A stretch of DNA of 64,000 nt from an uncultured Gemmatimonadales bacterium (GCA_963726955.1 CAVSEC010000006.1:350601-414600), one strand, 5' to 3'. Shown: positions 21,144-31,380, counted from the stretch's first letter. Notes: a model not told the origin generated them from the letters alone. A program made the numbers and translations.

Positions 21144-22537
21144 ACCGCGTCCACCAGTCGGGTGAAGTTGAAGCTGCTCGCCTTGAGCGGGGGCACGACC
21201 ATCGGCGCCCTGGGCCGGAAGATCGGCACCGGCTTTCCCATCGCCTCGACCCCGTTCAGCATGAGGAGGGGGGAGTCGGTGAAGCGGAAGTTCTTCACCG
21301 GACGGGTGACCTTGCCATTCTCGATGAGCCAGAGCCCATCGCGGGTGTGCCCGGTGGAGAGCAGCGAAGCGTCGTCGAGCGTCTCGATCCCGTAGAAGCG
21401 GGTCACCAGCAGCCCGCGCTTGGTGCTCTTGATCATCTCCTCCAGCGTCGACTCTCCGCCACTCATCCTGACCGCCTCGGTGTACGGCAGCGCCCGGTTC
21501 TCGTTGAACTGGTTGACGGCGTAGGTCCGGTTGTAGGCCAGCGCCATGAGGACGCCATGCTCGAACCAGGGGGCGCGCACCATCGGCTCGCCGTGGTCGT
21601 TGAAGGGACAGACGCCGAGCAGCGGGTCGGCAGGATCGAAGGTGATGTCGATGCGCGGATCGATCAGCCGCTGCCCGAGCTTGGAGAAGCCCGCTCGGCT
21701 CCGGTCGGCGAAGGGCCCTATCCCGGCCTCGGCCGGCTCACGCATCCACGCCGACACGATCAGGTCGAGGAGGTCGCCGACTGCCTGCGGCTCAAGAACC
21801 ACGGTGTAGCGGCCCGGCTCAAGGGCAGAGGGGAGGCGGCTGGTTTCGCACTTGGTACGGGCGCGCTCCGCCAGCGCGACGGAATCGATCGTGGCCCAGT
21901 CATACGAGGAGGCGCCGGCCCAGCCCGACCCGCCCCCCTTGGGATCGCGGACGGTGAGCGAGCATTCGGACGAGGATCGAGTCGCGTAGAGGTCCTCGCC
22001 GTCGGTCCCGATCCAGAAATCGGCGTCGGCCCCGACCGACAGGTAGCCGGCCGACCAGAGCCCGGCCGCGGCGGAGGGCTGGATCAGGCGATCGACCAGT
22101 TCGGCGCGGGCCTCTGGGAGGAGGCGAGTCGAAGCGTCGCTCCACACCACCGGGGTCGGAAAGTCGGTGGGCCGGGGCGGCAGCTTGTCGGTGTCCGGAA
22201 TCGTCCCGTTGTCGCGGAGAAGCAGCTCCAGCTCGGCCACGGCCTCCGCGAGGCCGGCATCGTCAGTGCGGCTGGTCGTCAGGTCCATCCCCCCCAGCCC
22301 GAAGCGGCGCTGCAGCGTCACTGTGAGGTCCCGCCGATCGCCGGCCGTCGTGATCCGGTTGCGTGCCCAGCGGACGTCGCCCCGCCAGCTGTTGGCGATG
22401 CCGACCCGCATCTCCCCCGGCCCGGTCTGGAGCTTCATGGCCCGTCGAGCGATCTCCCGACACTCCGCGTGCGTGAGCAGCGGGACACCCGCCGCCGGGC
22501 GGAGAGCGCGAATCGGCTGAAAGAGAGCAGAAAGCAC
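21140..22537 (-). CDS. PmbA/TldE-family protein, no signal peptide
   Basis: GTG at 22537 lies 2 nt after the TldD-like stop. ORF 21140..22972 upstream of that point overlaps the previous gene and is Arg/Gly noise. C-terminal blocks (GLLVTRFYGIE, DGLWLIENGKVTRPVKNFRF) are typical of the PmbA_TldD family. Confidence 0.8.
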   Translation of the reverse strand: MLSALFQPIRALRPAAGVPLLTHAECREIARRAMKLQTGPGEMRVGIANSWRGDVRWARNRITTAGDRRDLTVTLQRRFGLGGMDLTTSRTDDAGLAEAVAELELLLRDNGTIPDTDKLPPRPTDFPTPVVWSDASTRLLPEARAELVDRLIQPSAAAGLWSAGYLSVGADADFWIGTDGEDLYATRSSSECSLTVRDPKGGGSGWAGASSYDWATIDSVALAERARTKCETSRLPSALEPGRYTVVLEPQAVGDLLDLIVSAWMREPAEAGIGPFADRSRAGFSKLGQRLIDPRIDITFDPADPLLGVCPFNDHGEPMVRAPWFEHGVLMALAYNRTYAVNQFNENRALPYTEAVRMSGGESTLEEMIKSTKRGLLVTRFYGIETLDDASLLSTGHTRDGLWLIENGKVTRPVKNFRFTDSPLLMLNGVEAMGKPVPIFRPRAPMVVPPLKASSFNFTRLVDAV

Positions 22538-22539
22538 GG

Positions 22540-24201
22540 TTATCTCGTGGGATCGATGACAGCCATCTGGCGGACCAGGATGGGCGGGGCTTCGACGGTG
22601 TGCCAGGTGGTCTGGGCCGGCTCTCCCTTTTGCATCTCTACGCCAATCGGCAGCACACTCTCGGGGCCGCCGAAGGCAAGAACCGATTTCCATAACTCCG
22701 GGGCGCGGAACATCACGGCGCAGTTCTTCAGTCGGGCGACCTTCTTTCCTTTCCGGACCTCGAAGTACCGGGTGACAGGCAGCGCCTCGTCGCCCATGGT
22801 CATCCCGTTGAGCGCGTTGAAATCCATGCTCATGTCGGCCCCCTCCACGGCGATCCCGGTGGCCATGCCGCTGACTAGTGTGGCGTAGTCGGCGCGCTCC
22901 TTCCCCGGGGCCAATCGCAGGTTGGGCCGCTGCAGCTGGGTGGCGTCCAGCGCGGTGGCGCCACCCGCGCACCCGTGCGAACGGACCGGCCGGCCGGCCT
23001 GGGCGTAGCGTTCCCGGAGCCAGGTGGCGGACTCGCGCGTCGTCTGGAAATCAGCGAGGACTCCGTCCTGCACCAGGGGGAATTCCTCGGGCGCCACGCC
23101 TTCCTCGTCCCAGCGTACCGTGGCGAGCCCACCCGGCAGCGAGCGGTTGGCGCTCACCTGGAGACCCGGGACGCCGACCGGCTCGCGGCCCATCATCGCA
23201 ACCGGGTCGGTGAGGTAGCTGGTGCCGCCGGCATTGGCCTCATACCCCATCGCCCGGTCCATCTCGGTGGCGGTCCCGATGGTGCCGGAGAGCAGCCGGG
23301 CGGTACTGCGCTGGTCGAACACGACGTCGTAGCGGCCGACGTCCACCGCCTTGAGCGGCAGGGCCATCTCCGCCTCCTGCTCGGCCTGCACCCGGCGCAC
23401 GATCTCCGGCCAGGGCGCCCGGCCGACGTACTCCCACCCCCGCCCCGCGCGCGGGCAGGCATACGCCGAGTTGGGATCCCACTGCTCGACGATCTGATGA
23501 TCACGGAACCTGGGCCGCGCGCCGACGCCAATCCGGGCCTCGGTGGCATAGCGCACCTGAGTGAGGTAGCTCCCCTCGGCATTGGCGAACGCCGTCTCCA
23601 GGCGCGACAGCGAGACCGCAATCGCCGGCACCCCCCATTCGCGGAGGGTGAGATAGGCGGTACCGTTGACGGTGTCGAGTATCTCGTCGCGGGCGACGGT
23701 GAAGGGATCCCGCTCGATCGGCGTCGACCAGTGACCATCCTTCACCACCGGCGTGGAGGCCAGCTCCACCGGAGCCATCCCCGCCCGCGCCGTGGTCCGC
23801 GCCTGAGAGACGGCAGCCGCGCCTAACCGAGCGGCTTCGTCGAGCGTCCAGATAGTGCTCGATGAGAAGCCCCAGGCTCCACCGACCAGGGCGCGGACCC
23901 CGATCGCCAGCGCGTCCGCCCGGTCCCCGTAGATCCCGGGAGCGACCGTCCCGGTGATGCCGGCGCCGCCACTGACGAACTCGTGCATCTCCCAGGTCCG
24001 CAGGTGCGACACCCGCACCTCGGCGTGACGCGCGCCGGCGCTGGTGGCTGCCTCCAGCGCCTGGGCGGTGAGGCGGCGTACCTGATCGTCATCAAACAGC
24101 AGCGGTACACGGCGCTTCGGCAGGAACAGCCCGCGCGGCAACACCGCGCCAGCGGCGAACAGAGTGCCCGCCTGAACGAAATCCCGGCGACTCCAGCTCA
24201 T
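22540..24201 (-). CDS. TldD-family protein with twin-arginine signal, HExxxH motif absent
   Basis: Intact 553-aa ORF. The N-terminus MSWSRRDFVQAGTLFAAGAVL is a Tat motif (SRRDFV). It resembles TldD along its length, but where E. coli TldD has LLHEAVGHGLE this protein reads LLSGTIGTATE. Confidence 0.85.
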   Translation of the reverse strand: MSWSRRDFVQAGTLFAAGAVLPRGLFLPKRRVPLLFDDDQVRRLTAQALEAATSAGARHAEVRVSHLRTWEMHEFVSGGAGITGTVAPGIYGDRADALAIGVRALVGGAWGFSSSTIWTLDEAARLGAAAVSQARTTARAGMAPVELASTPVVKDGHWSTPIERDPFTVARDEILDTVNGTAYLTLREWGVPAIAVSLSRLETAFANAEGSYLTQVRYATEARIGVGARPRFRDHQIVEQWDPNSAYACPRAGRGWEYVGRAPWPEIVRRVQAEQEAEMALPLKAVDVGRYDVVFDQRSTARLLSGTIGTATEMDRAMGYEANAGGTSYLTDPVAMMGREPVGVPGLQVSANRSLPGGLATVRWDEEGVAPEEFPLVQDGVLADFQTTRESATWLRERYAQAGRPVRSHGCAGGATALDATQLQRPNLRLAPGKERADYATLVSGMATGIAVEGADMSMDFNALNGMTMGDEALPVTRYFEVRKGKKVARLKNCAVMFRAPELWKSVLAFGGPESVLPIGVEMQKGEPAQTTWHTVEAPPILVRQMAVIDPTR

Positions 24202-25313
24202 GGCGTCGACTCATCTACCACGACGATCACGCCGTGCGTGCCCCAGATGGTGCTCTGGTAGTGATAGACCCCCGGCTGGGTGAAGCGCCGGGCGCGGAAG
24301 AACTCACCGCTGCAGTCTCCGTTGCAGTCCAGCGGCCATCCGAATGACGGGATGCTGCCGGTACCGTCGCAGTCGACTCCGTAGTTGGCGCAGGACGTCC
24401 CTTCCGGCACCGACTCCAGCGGGCCGGGATTGTCGAATTGCATGTCCATGAGCTCCCCGACCGGGATGCCGAAGTTCCACCACTCCACGACGGCGCCGAC
24501 CCCCATCCGCACACTGTCGGGACTGAAGCTTCCCACCGGACTGTGCTGGGTATCGTAGGGACCGAGGACAAAGATCCGGGCATAGCCCGGCAGGCCGATG
24601 GTGTACGCGAGCGTGTCGGTGAAGCTCTCGCCGTAGGCGGTCATCGTCGCCACGAAACGGACGGGCCCGGGCCGGACCCCGGCCACGACCCCACCGAAGG
24701 GGTCGATCGACGCCGTGGTGACGTCCAGCGAGGTGAAGTGCACCGGCAGACCGAAGAGGGGGTCGCCGTTCGGATCGAGGACCGTCGGACTGAGAAAGCG
24801 GTACGGCTCTAGCAGCGTGCCCGCGAGCGCGTACTTGGCGCTGTCACCCGGCGCGGGCTGGAGGGAGAACGAGGCAACGGTCAGGCCGGCGGGATCATCG
24901 GTGACCGCGACGATGGCGGTATCTGCGTGGGTGATGCCGTTGGCGGTCAGCGACGCGACGATGGTGGCACCAGGCGTAAGGTCGATCGCGGTGAGGAGCC
25001 CGTTCGAGTCGACCGCGACCGTGAGGCCGTTGCTGGTCGAGAAGCGGACCGCCGGGAGGCCGGCGATCGGCGTCCCATCGACGGTGCGGGGCGTCGCGGT
25101 GAGCCGCAGGGTGTCGTAGGGCGCGGCGATGGCCAGCGTGATGCCGTGATGGTCGAGTTCGAGCGCCCAGTAGGCCGTGGCCGCGTCATCCGAGGTACTG
25201 GTCACGGTGTCGGAGTTGCAGGCCCCGACGGTCAGCCCGAGGAGCGCCAGCCAGAGAGCGGCGCGGGGCGCGGGCGACCGCGCGGGGCGGAAGGCATGGA
25301 ATCGCATGCTCAC
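24198..25313 (-). CDS. Lipoprotein with Ig-like (Big_2-type) repeats and a Cys-rich cupredoxin-like C-terminal domain
   Basis: Intact 371-aa ORF with ATGA overlaps at both ends. Lipobox LLGLTVGAC. Repeated beta-rich segments (LRLTATPRTVDGTPI, VASLTANGITHADTAIVAV). The C-terminus ends GVYHYQSTIWGTHGVIVVV and has four Cys in SCANYGVDCDGTG...DCNGDC. Confidence 0.6.
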   Translation of the reverse strand: MSMRFHAFRPARSPAPRAALWLALLGLTVGACNSDTVTSTSDDAATAYWALELDHHGITLAIAAPYDTLRLTATPRTVDGTPIAGLPAVRFSTSNGLTVAVDSNGLLTAIDLTPGATIVASLTANGITHADTAIVAVTDDPAGLTVASFSLQPAPGDSAKYALAGTLLEPYRFLSPTVLDPNGDPLFGLPVHFTSLDVTTASIDPFGGVVAGVRPGPVRFVATMTAYGESFTDTLAYTIGLPGYARIFVLGPYDTQHSPVGSFSPDSVRMGVGAVVEWWNFGIPVGELMDMQFDNPGPLESVPEGTSCANYGVDCDGTGSIPSFGWPLDCNGDCSGEFFRARRFTQPGVYHYQSTIWGTHGVIVVVDESTP

Positions 25314-26716
25314 GCTCCCCGATCGATGCAGCCGGAGAAGCGCGGGTTGTAGCGCCGCTCCTCCGCCGGAATCGGCGCATTGACGCTGGGGCCGTAGAGG
25401 GCGCCGCTGAGGTGGCGTCCGATCGGGAAGACGGTACTCGCGTCGCGTCCGTACTGCCTGACAAGGCGCCGCAGGTCGCCGAGTCGCCGGCCGGTGAGAT
25501 AGAACCAGAAGCCCCGCTCGCGGAAGAGCAGGTCTACCCGCGCCTCCGGCGTGCCCGGGTCCACGAGGTCCGGCAGCGCCGGATCACCGGTGGCCTGGCG
25601 CAGCAGATTCAGCTTGGCCAGCCACCCGGGCACATCATTCGCAGCGAGCGCCGCCTCGGCCTCGATCAGCCGGGCCTCCCGCCAGTCGGCGACGCTGACC
25701 GGGGACCCGCCCGTCGGGAGCTGATTCGCCGGGACGTACCGCGGAGTGCCGTTGTTGTCGTTCGAGTAGGTCACGGCGAGGGTGCGCGGATCGCCGCTGG
25801 ACATCCAGTCCAGCCCATTGATCCCCTCGGCATCCGACATCCCCGGCCCCGACCCAGCCTCCTGGCTCATCTGGTACATGAAGCTGGGGGCAGCCGGCTG
25901 GGGCGCATCGACAGTGCCGATGTTGTTGTCGCTGTACTCCAGCAGGTACTCGAAGCCATCCGGCACATTGGCGACGGCGGCCGCCGCTGCCGCGTACTGG
26001 CCCAGCGCGAGCAGCGCCCGCCCCTTGCCGACACTCGCCATGTACTCGATCCGGCTGCTGTCCGTGGCGCCGGCGAGTGCCGAGTCGAAGATCGCCACGG
26101 CATGCTGGTACACCTCCGCCGTGCTCGACCCCGGCTGCAGGGTGTAGCCCTCGGGGTCCACGGTGCTGAGTGGAATCCCGGAGCAGAACATGTCGGCGAG
26201 GTAGATGTCGGCGTAGCCCTCCATCGCCCGGAGGTGTGCCGCGAGCGCCGGCGACTCCGTCGGAGCGAAGTTGCCGAGCAACCACGCGCCCACCCGGGCC
26301 TTGGCCCGCAGCGCATGGAGCCCCTTGTACGGCGCCACGTATGGTGCGGCAAAGCCCAGACCGAAGGGCGAGAGCCGCGCCTCCGCATCCGGATCGGTGA
26401 ACTCCGGCAGACTGCGTCGATCCATGAGTGGATTCACATCGGTGTACGTCTCCATCGAGCCGAGCTCATCACTGAGCAGCCCGGACTGGATGATGAACGA
26501 TTCGAACTCGTCGGCGCCGAGCACCGTCCGTTCGGCGATCACCGCGCCTCGATAGGCGCGCAAGGCGCCCTCGTGGGTCTGCGTCTCCTTCGGATCGCTC
26601 ACCCCTGGCGGCAGCTCGCCGTTGCCCACGATGTCCGAGGGAGAGCAGGCTGCCGCCGCGAGCAGCAGGCCGAGCAGCGGCGGAGCGCAGCAGAGGCGGT
26701 AACAACGCATCGACAT
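25310..26716 (-). CDS. SusD/RagB-family outer-membrane lipoprotein
   Basis: ATG at 26716 (MSMRCYRLCCAPPLLGLLLAAAACS, lipobox) lies 23 nt after the SusC stop. It is a 468-aa helical/TPR-like protein in the canonical position after SusC. The C-terminal blocks RERGFWFYLTGRRLGDLRR and RYNPRF are SusD-like. Confidence 0.75.
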   Translation of the reverse strand: MSMRCYRLCCAPPLLGLLLAAAACSPSDIVGNGELPPGVSDPKETQTHEGALRAYRGAVIAERTVLGADEFESFIIQSGLLSDELGSMETYTDVNPLMDRRSLPEFTDPDAEARLSPFGLGFAAPYVAPYKGLHALRAKARVGAWLLGNFAPTESPALAAHLRAMEGYADIYLADMFCSGIPLSTVDPEGYTLQPGSSTAEVYQHAVAIFDSALAGATDSSRIEYMASVGKGRALLALGQYAAAAAAVANVPDGFEYLLEYSDNNIGTVDAPQPAAPSFMYQMSQEAGSGPGMSDAEGINGLDWMSSGDPRTLAVTYSNDNNGTPRYVPANQLPTGGSPVSVADWREARLIEAEAALAANDVPGWLAKLNLLRQATGDPALPDLVDPGTPEARVDLLFRERGFWFYLTGRRLGDLRRLVRQYGRDASTVFPIGRHLSGALYGPSVNAPIPAEERRYNPRFSGCIDRGA

Positions 26717-26739
26717 GGACGAAACTCCTGCCTGGAAGT

Positions 26740-29700
26740 TCAGAAGCCGAAGCGAAAGCCGAAGGACCAGGCCCTCGGCAGCGGCAATTGGCCGGTATCC
26801 GCGATCACATTGCCCGTGGAGTAGGCGTTCACACTCGGATCCTTGCCGTGGTAGTTGCTCCACAGCCCGAGGTTGGTGCCCTGCACCGTCACGCTGGCCG
26901 TGCTCGCGCCCATCGCATGCGCGATCCGCTCCGGGAAATTGAAGGCCACCGCCAGCGAGTTGAAGCGGAGGGTGGAGAGCACCTGGGTCAGGCCGTACGG
27001 CGTCTCGCTGCGGACCACGATGGCAGCCTGCTCCCCCAGGGGCGCCTTCGGATCGTTGGCGCCACGCAGGGTATAGGGATTTGCGGTCGCCGTCTCGTTC
27101 ACCTGGAGCTGGCCGTGGGTGTAGGAGAAGCCCGCATTCACCGTGACCAGTCCGCGGGCGAAGGAGAGGTTGGTGAACATCCCCGCCTCGTAGTCCGGCT
27201 CGCTCGCGCCGAGGAAGACCTCCTGGTCGCCGAGCTGCACCTCGGAGCGGGTGATGATCCCGTCGTGGTTGGCATCGGCGAAGTGCAGGATCGGCAGGCC
27301 CCAGCGTCCGAAGAGCGGATACCCCTTCACCACCCGGGTGCCGCCCGGGCCCTCGATTGTGCCGACCTGGCCGGTGCTGAGCACGATGTTGCGGTTCTTG
27401 CTGACGTGGAACTGGGTGCCGACCGTCACGAAGTCGCTCCGCAGCAGGTTGGTGCCGAGGGAGACCTCGAAACCGCTGTTCCGCACCCGGCCGATATTGA
27501 CCAGCACCGACCCGCCCCCGTTCACCGACGGCGGCAGGGGCATCGGCACCAGCGCATCCAGCCGGATCTTGTTGTAGGCGGAGAACTCGAAGGTGAGCTT
27601 GTCATCGAGAAGGTCGGCGTCGAAACCTCCCTCGAACTCGCTGGACTTCTCCGGCCGGAGATCGGCGTTGCCCAGACTCGTCAGGTCGCTCTGATCCACC
27701 GTGCCGTTGATGAAGCCTGGGCTCACCTGGTAGAGACGGAGCCGATCACCGGACCCGGGCTGCACCCCTGCCTGGCCGTAGGCGGCGCGGAGGCGGAGCG
27801 TGCTGAAGAGCTTCTTGAACGGGAAGAACGGCTCGTCGGAGAGCAGGTACGAGAGCGAGACCTTCGGGAAGCGGGCCAGTGCCTGGTGCGCCCCGTAGGT
27901 ATCCCCGCCGTCGAGCCGGAGCCCGGTGGAGAGGAAGAGCCGCTTGTGTTCCAGCGTCGGCTCGACGTACCAGCCGAAGGTGCTGATCTCGCTGTGCTGG
28001 GGCGTGGTGATGATCTTGCGCGCCCCGTCGAGTCCGTTTGCACCTGGGATCAGCTCCGTCCCCTGCGCGATCAGATCGCTGCTCCGGGTCCGGCTGAAGT
28101 TGCCGCCGACCGCCGTGCGGAGCCGGAAGGTGCCTCCCAGCGGCAGATCGGCGATGGTGCCGAGGTTGACCGTGGTCACCGCGGAGCTGCCGGAGCCAAC
28201 GTTGTAGAACCCGTTGGTGACATCGAAGATCGACGCGGAGTTGATGTCCAGATAGGGATCGCCCGGTGGCAGCGTGGGCTGGCGCGACTCGTCGTGCCGG
28301 TCGATGAGGTTGAGCCCGAGATTCGCCGTCGCGCTGAGCCAGCCGAGGGGCCGCCAGTTGAGCGTCGAGGCCTCGGTGAATGCGGTGGAGACGGCCGTGC
28401 TCCGCATGCGAAACCCGGTGGTCAGCGTCGAGCGGTAGTCGCTCGAGCTGCCGGGGTACGGGCCGATGGTAACCCCGGGCCAGAAGCGGTTGTTCACCGT
28501 GTCGGCATAGACCCCCTGCAGCTGGGCTAGCTGATCCTCGAGGGTGGAGCGGCGCTGGCTGGAGCGATCGATGGTGCTGGTGAAGGAGAAGGTGGCCTTG
28601 GGCGACAGCTCGACGCTGAGGTTGCCGGTCGCGGACCAGTCGGAAAGCCCATGAGGCCGGCGCATCCAGCCGGGGGCCGGGGATCCGATCAGCGCCTCGT
28701 AGCGGCGCACCTCGTAGTCCGGCAGCTTCAGGAGCCCCGTCTCCTGGCTGTAGCTGCCGGTGATCGCGTAGCTGATGTTGGACGCGCCGCCGCTCACGCC
28801 CACGTTCAGTCGCTCGCTATGCCCGATGCCAAATGGTGTGAGGCTCGGATCGTTGAGCGCCTGGTAGCGCACGGTACTGTCGACGACGCAGCCGTAGGCG
28901 GTCAGTGGGCAGCGCGTGAGATAGCCGGTCGCGATGTCGTGACCGAACCGGGTGTAGGAGAGCGGGTACTTGCCCGGCTGCGTGGTGAGCCCCACATCGG
29001 TGCCGACTTCCCACCGGGTGGCCCCCGCCTTCCCACGCTTGGTGGTGATCACGATCACCCCGTTGGCCGCATCGGCCCCGTACATCGTGGCCGCCGACGG
29101 CCCCTTGAACACCTCGATCGTGGCGATGCTGTGCACATCGATCTGATCCAGCGGCGAGCGGGTGGGCACCTGGTCGGTGAGCGTCGTTCCCGAGTTCGGA
29201 TTCGTGCCATGGATGGGCTTGCCGGTGATGGGATCCACCACGGCGAGATTGTTGGCCCGCGCGTCGGACTGGTCGGCGTAGATCCGCACCCCGTCGACGA
29301 TCACGATCGGGTCGTTGCTGCGGGTGATGCTGTTGAGCCCCCGCAGCCGGAGCCGGGTGGGATCGCCGGGCGCGCCGGAGGTGTGGGTGGCCGTGAGCCC
29401 CGGCACGCGGGACTCGAGCAGCTCCGCCACGCTGTGCACCGGCTGGGTCGCCACGATGGAGTCGGCCTGAATCGTGGTGATGGCGTTGCCCAGCTCGTAG
29501 CGCCGCTGGGGACCGGTGGCGGTGGTGACCAGATCCTGCATCCGGGTCGGTGCGACCACCAGCACAAAGTCGGCGCTCTCGGTGGCCGAGTCCTGCACCT
29601 CGATCACCTGGCTGGCACTGTGGTAGCCGATCCGGCGCGCCCCGACGGTGTATCGCCCCGCGGGGACCGCCAGCCGGTATCGACCCAGCCGGTTGGTCAG

Positions 29701-30273
29701 TACCCGGAGGTGCAGCGTATCGATGAAGACCTCGGCCGCTTCGATCGGCACATTGGTGGCGGAATCGGTCACGAAGCCGACGATCGCAGCCGTGGTCGGC
29801 GCAACCGCCGGCCGCGCCGCGCGACCGCGACGCACCAGCGTGAACTGATCCTCCGAGGTGACCACGACGTCCACCCCGGCATCGATCAGGACGTCGGTCA
29901 GCACCGCTGCGACGGTCATGTCCTCGGCGTGGAGCGTGACCCGGTTGGCGAGGGGGACATCCGTCCCGCTGTAGGCGAAGCGCAGATGCCCGGCGTGCGC
30001 GATCTCCGCAAGCGCCCGTTCGAGGCTGATGCCCTCGAAGGCGAGGGTGATCCGCCGGCGCAGCAGCGCGACCCGGCTCGCATCGAGCGGGACCGGCGCA
30101 CTCTCGGAGGCGCTCAGGCCGAAGAACTGTACCGCGGCGCCGCGGGAGGTATCGCCGGAGCCGATCACCTGGGCCGGCAGGATTGTCGGCAGCGTGGCGA
30201 GAACGAGGAGCGCGAGACTCCCCGACAGACCCAGACGCCGGGACGGTGCGGCGCATCGAGCGTGGTGGATCAT
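26740..30273 (-). CDS. SusC/RagA-type TonB-dependent receptor with N-terminal STN signalling domain
   Basis: Intact 1177-aa ORF. It contains an STN-like segment (ITLAFEGISLERALAEIAHAGHLRFAY), a carboxypeptidase-regulatory-like domain (IVGFVTDSATNVPIEAAEVFI...GRYRLAVPAGRY), a plug (IEVFKGPSAATMYGADAANGVIVITTKRG) and a beta-barrel ending FGFRFGF. Confidence 0.9.
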   Translation of the reverse strand: MIHHARCAAPSRRLGLSGSLALLVLATLPTILPAQVIGSGDTSRGAAVQFFGLSASESAPVPLDASRVALLRRRITLAFEGISLERALAEIAHAGHLRFAYSGTDVPLANRVTLHAEDMTVAAVLTDVLIDAGVDVVVTSEDQFTLVRRGRAARPAVAPTTAAIVGFVTDSATNVPIEAAEVFIDTLHLRVLTNRLGRYRLAVPAGRYTVGARRIGYHSASQVIEVQDSATESADFVLVVAPTRMQDLVTTATGPQRRYELGNAITTIQADSIVATQPVHSVAELLESRVPGLTATHTSGAPGDPTRLRLRGLNSITRSNDPIVIVDGVRIYADQSDARANNLAVVDPITGKPIHGTNPNSGTTLTDQVPTRSPLDQIDVHSIATIEVFKGPSAATMYGADAANGVIVITTKRGKAGATRWEVGTDVGLTTQPGKYPLSYTRFGHDIATGYLTRCPLTAYGCVVDSTVRYQALNDPSLTPFGIGHSERLNVGVSGGASNISYAITGSYSQETGLLKLPDYEVRRYEALIGSPAPGWMRRPHGLSDWSATGNLSVELSPKATFSFTSTIDRSSQRRSTLEDQLAQLQGVYADTVNNRFWPGVTIGPYPGSSSDYRSTLTTGFRMRSTAVSTAFTEASTLNWRPLGWLSATANLGLNLIDRHDESRQPTLPPGDPYLDINSASIFDVTNGFYNVGSGSSAVTTVNLGTIADLPLGGTFRLRTAVGGNFSRTRSSDLIAQGTELIPGANGLDGARKIITTPQHSEISTFGWYVEPTLEHKRLFLSTGLRLDGGDTYGAHQALARFPKVSLSYLLSDEPFFPFKKLFSTLRLRAAYGQAGVQPGSGDRLRLYQVSPGFINGTVDQSDLTSLGNADLRPEKSSEFEGGFDADLLDDKLTFEFSAYNKIRLDALVPMPLPPSVNGGGSVLVNIGRVRNSGFEVSLGTNLLRSDFVTVGTQFHVSKNRNIVLSTGQVGTIEGPGGTRVVKGYPLFGRWGLPILHFADANHDGIITRSEVQLGDQEVFLGASEPDYEAGMFTNLSFARGLVTVNAGFSYTHGQLQVNETATANPYTLRGANDPKAPLGEQAAIVVRSETPYGLTQVLSTLRFNSLAVAFNFPERIAHAMGASTASVTVQGTNLGLWSNYHGKDPSVNAYSTGNVIADTGQLPLPRAWSFGFRFGF

Positions 30274-31380
30274 CGATTCTTCCCTGGGGCACGATCGGGG
30301 AGGACGAGGAGCAGCGAGCCGCGGTGTTCGTAGCGGAGGCCGAGAGCGAGGGCGAGCGTGCGCAGCACCTGTTCGGTGGTCTCGTGTTCGAAGGTGGCAG
30401 TGAACGGTCGGGCGGCGAGGGTGGAATCCCCCAGTTCGATCTCCAGGTCGTACCAGATCGACAGCCGGTAGAGGACCTCCCGGAGCGACGTCTCCCGGAA
30501 GACCAGTCGGCCGTCGCGCCAGGCCAGGTAGCTCTCGACATCCACGTTGCGGCGGCGCACCAGCCGGCCGTCGCTGCCGACCTGTCCCAGGTCGGCCGGC
30601 TCCAGCAGGAGACTATCACCCATGGGAGTGTCAGGCTGCTCGGCGCGCGGTCGGGACGTGGAGCATCACCGAACCCTCCGCCACCACCACGCGGAATATC
30701 GATTCCCCATGATCGGACACCGCGAAGGTGGTTCCGACGTCCTCGGTCATGCCCCGGCTGCTGTAGACCCGGAGCGGGTGCTCCGGATCGTGGGCGACCT
30801 CGAACAACGCATCGCCATCCAGGAAGAGCTCCCGCGACCGGCCGAATGCCTTGGCGGCGTACTGCAGCGTACTGGCGGGCCCCAGCAGCACTCGGCTTCC
30901 GTCAGGCAGCGCGAGCCTGGCGCGCTGACCGCGCTGCGTGCTCAGCACCGCCATCGGCTCGGGCGTTTCCGCCGGCGGCGTCTCCCGGTCGCGGAGCAGC
31001 CAGGCGCCGGTCGCCGCGCCGAACAGCACCAGGGCCAGCCCCGCTGCGATCAGAGATGGACCAGTATGCGGCAGCGCAAAATGCCGGGGAGCGGCCTCGA
31101 CCCGGAGCCGGTCGGATCTGCGGACTTCGACCAGGGCCGAGCCGGCAGCACGGTCCGCCTTCTCCTTGAAGGTCTGGAGTGCGGCCTCGGCGTCCCACCG
31201 CTGCAGCGGACGCCCCGCAACTTCCCAGAGGGAGCGCAACCGCTCCACCTGGCCCCGGCGCGACGGGTCGGCGTCGAGCCACGCCTCGTACCGGGCGAGA
31301 TCCTCCGGCGGCAGCTCCGCCGCGAAGTAGGCGGCGAGCACGCTCCAATCGAAGTCGTCTGTGCCAAAGAGTGGATTCAC
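30270..31380 (-). pseudogene. FecR-family anti-sigma factor, one frame break near 30630
   Basis: GTG at 31380 (MNPLFGTDDFDWSVLAAYF). A TM helix (LIAAGLALVLFGAATGAWLL) and a FecR domain lie in ORF 30631..31380. The C-terminal domain (YLAWRDGRLVFRETSLREVLYRLSIWYDLEIE) is in ORF 30270..30623, in a different frame. The stop overlaps the SusC start (ATGA). Confidence 0.8.
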
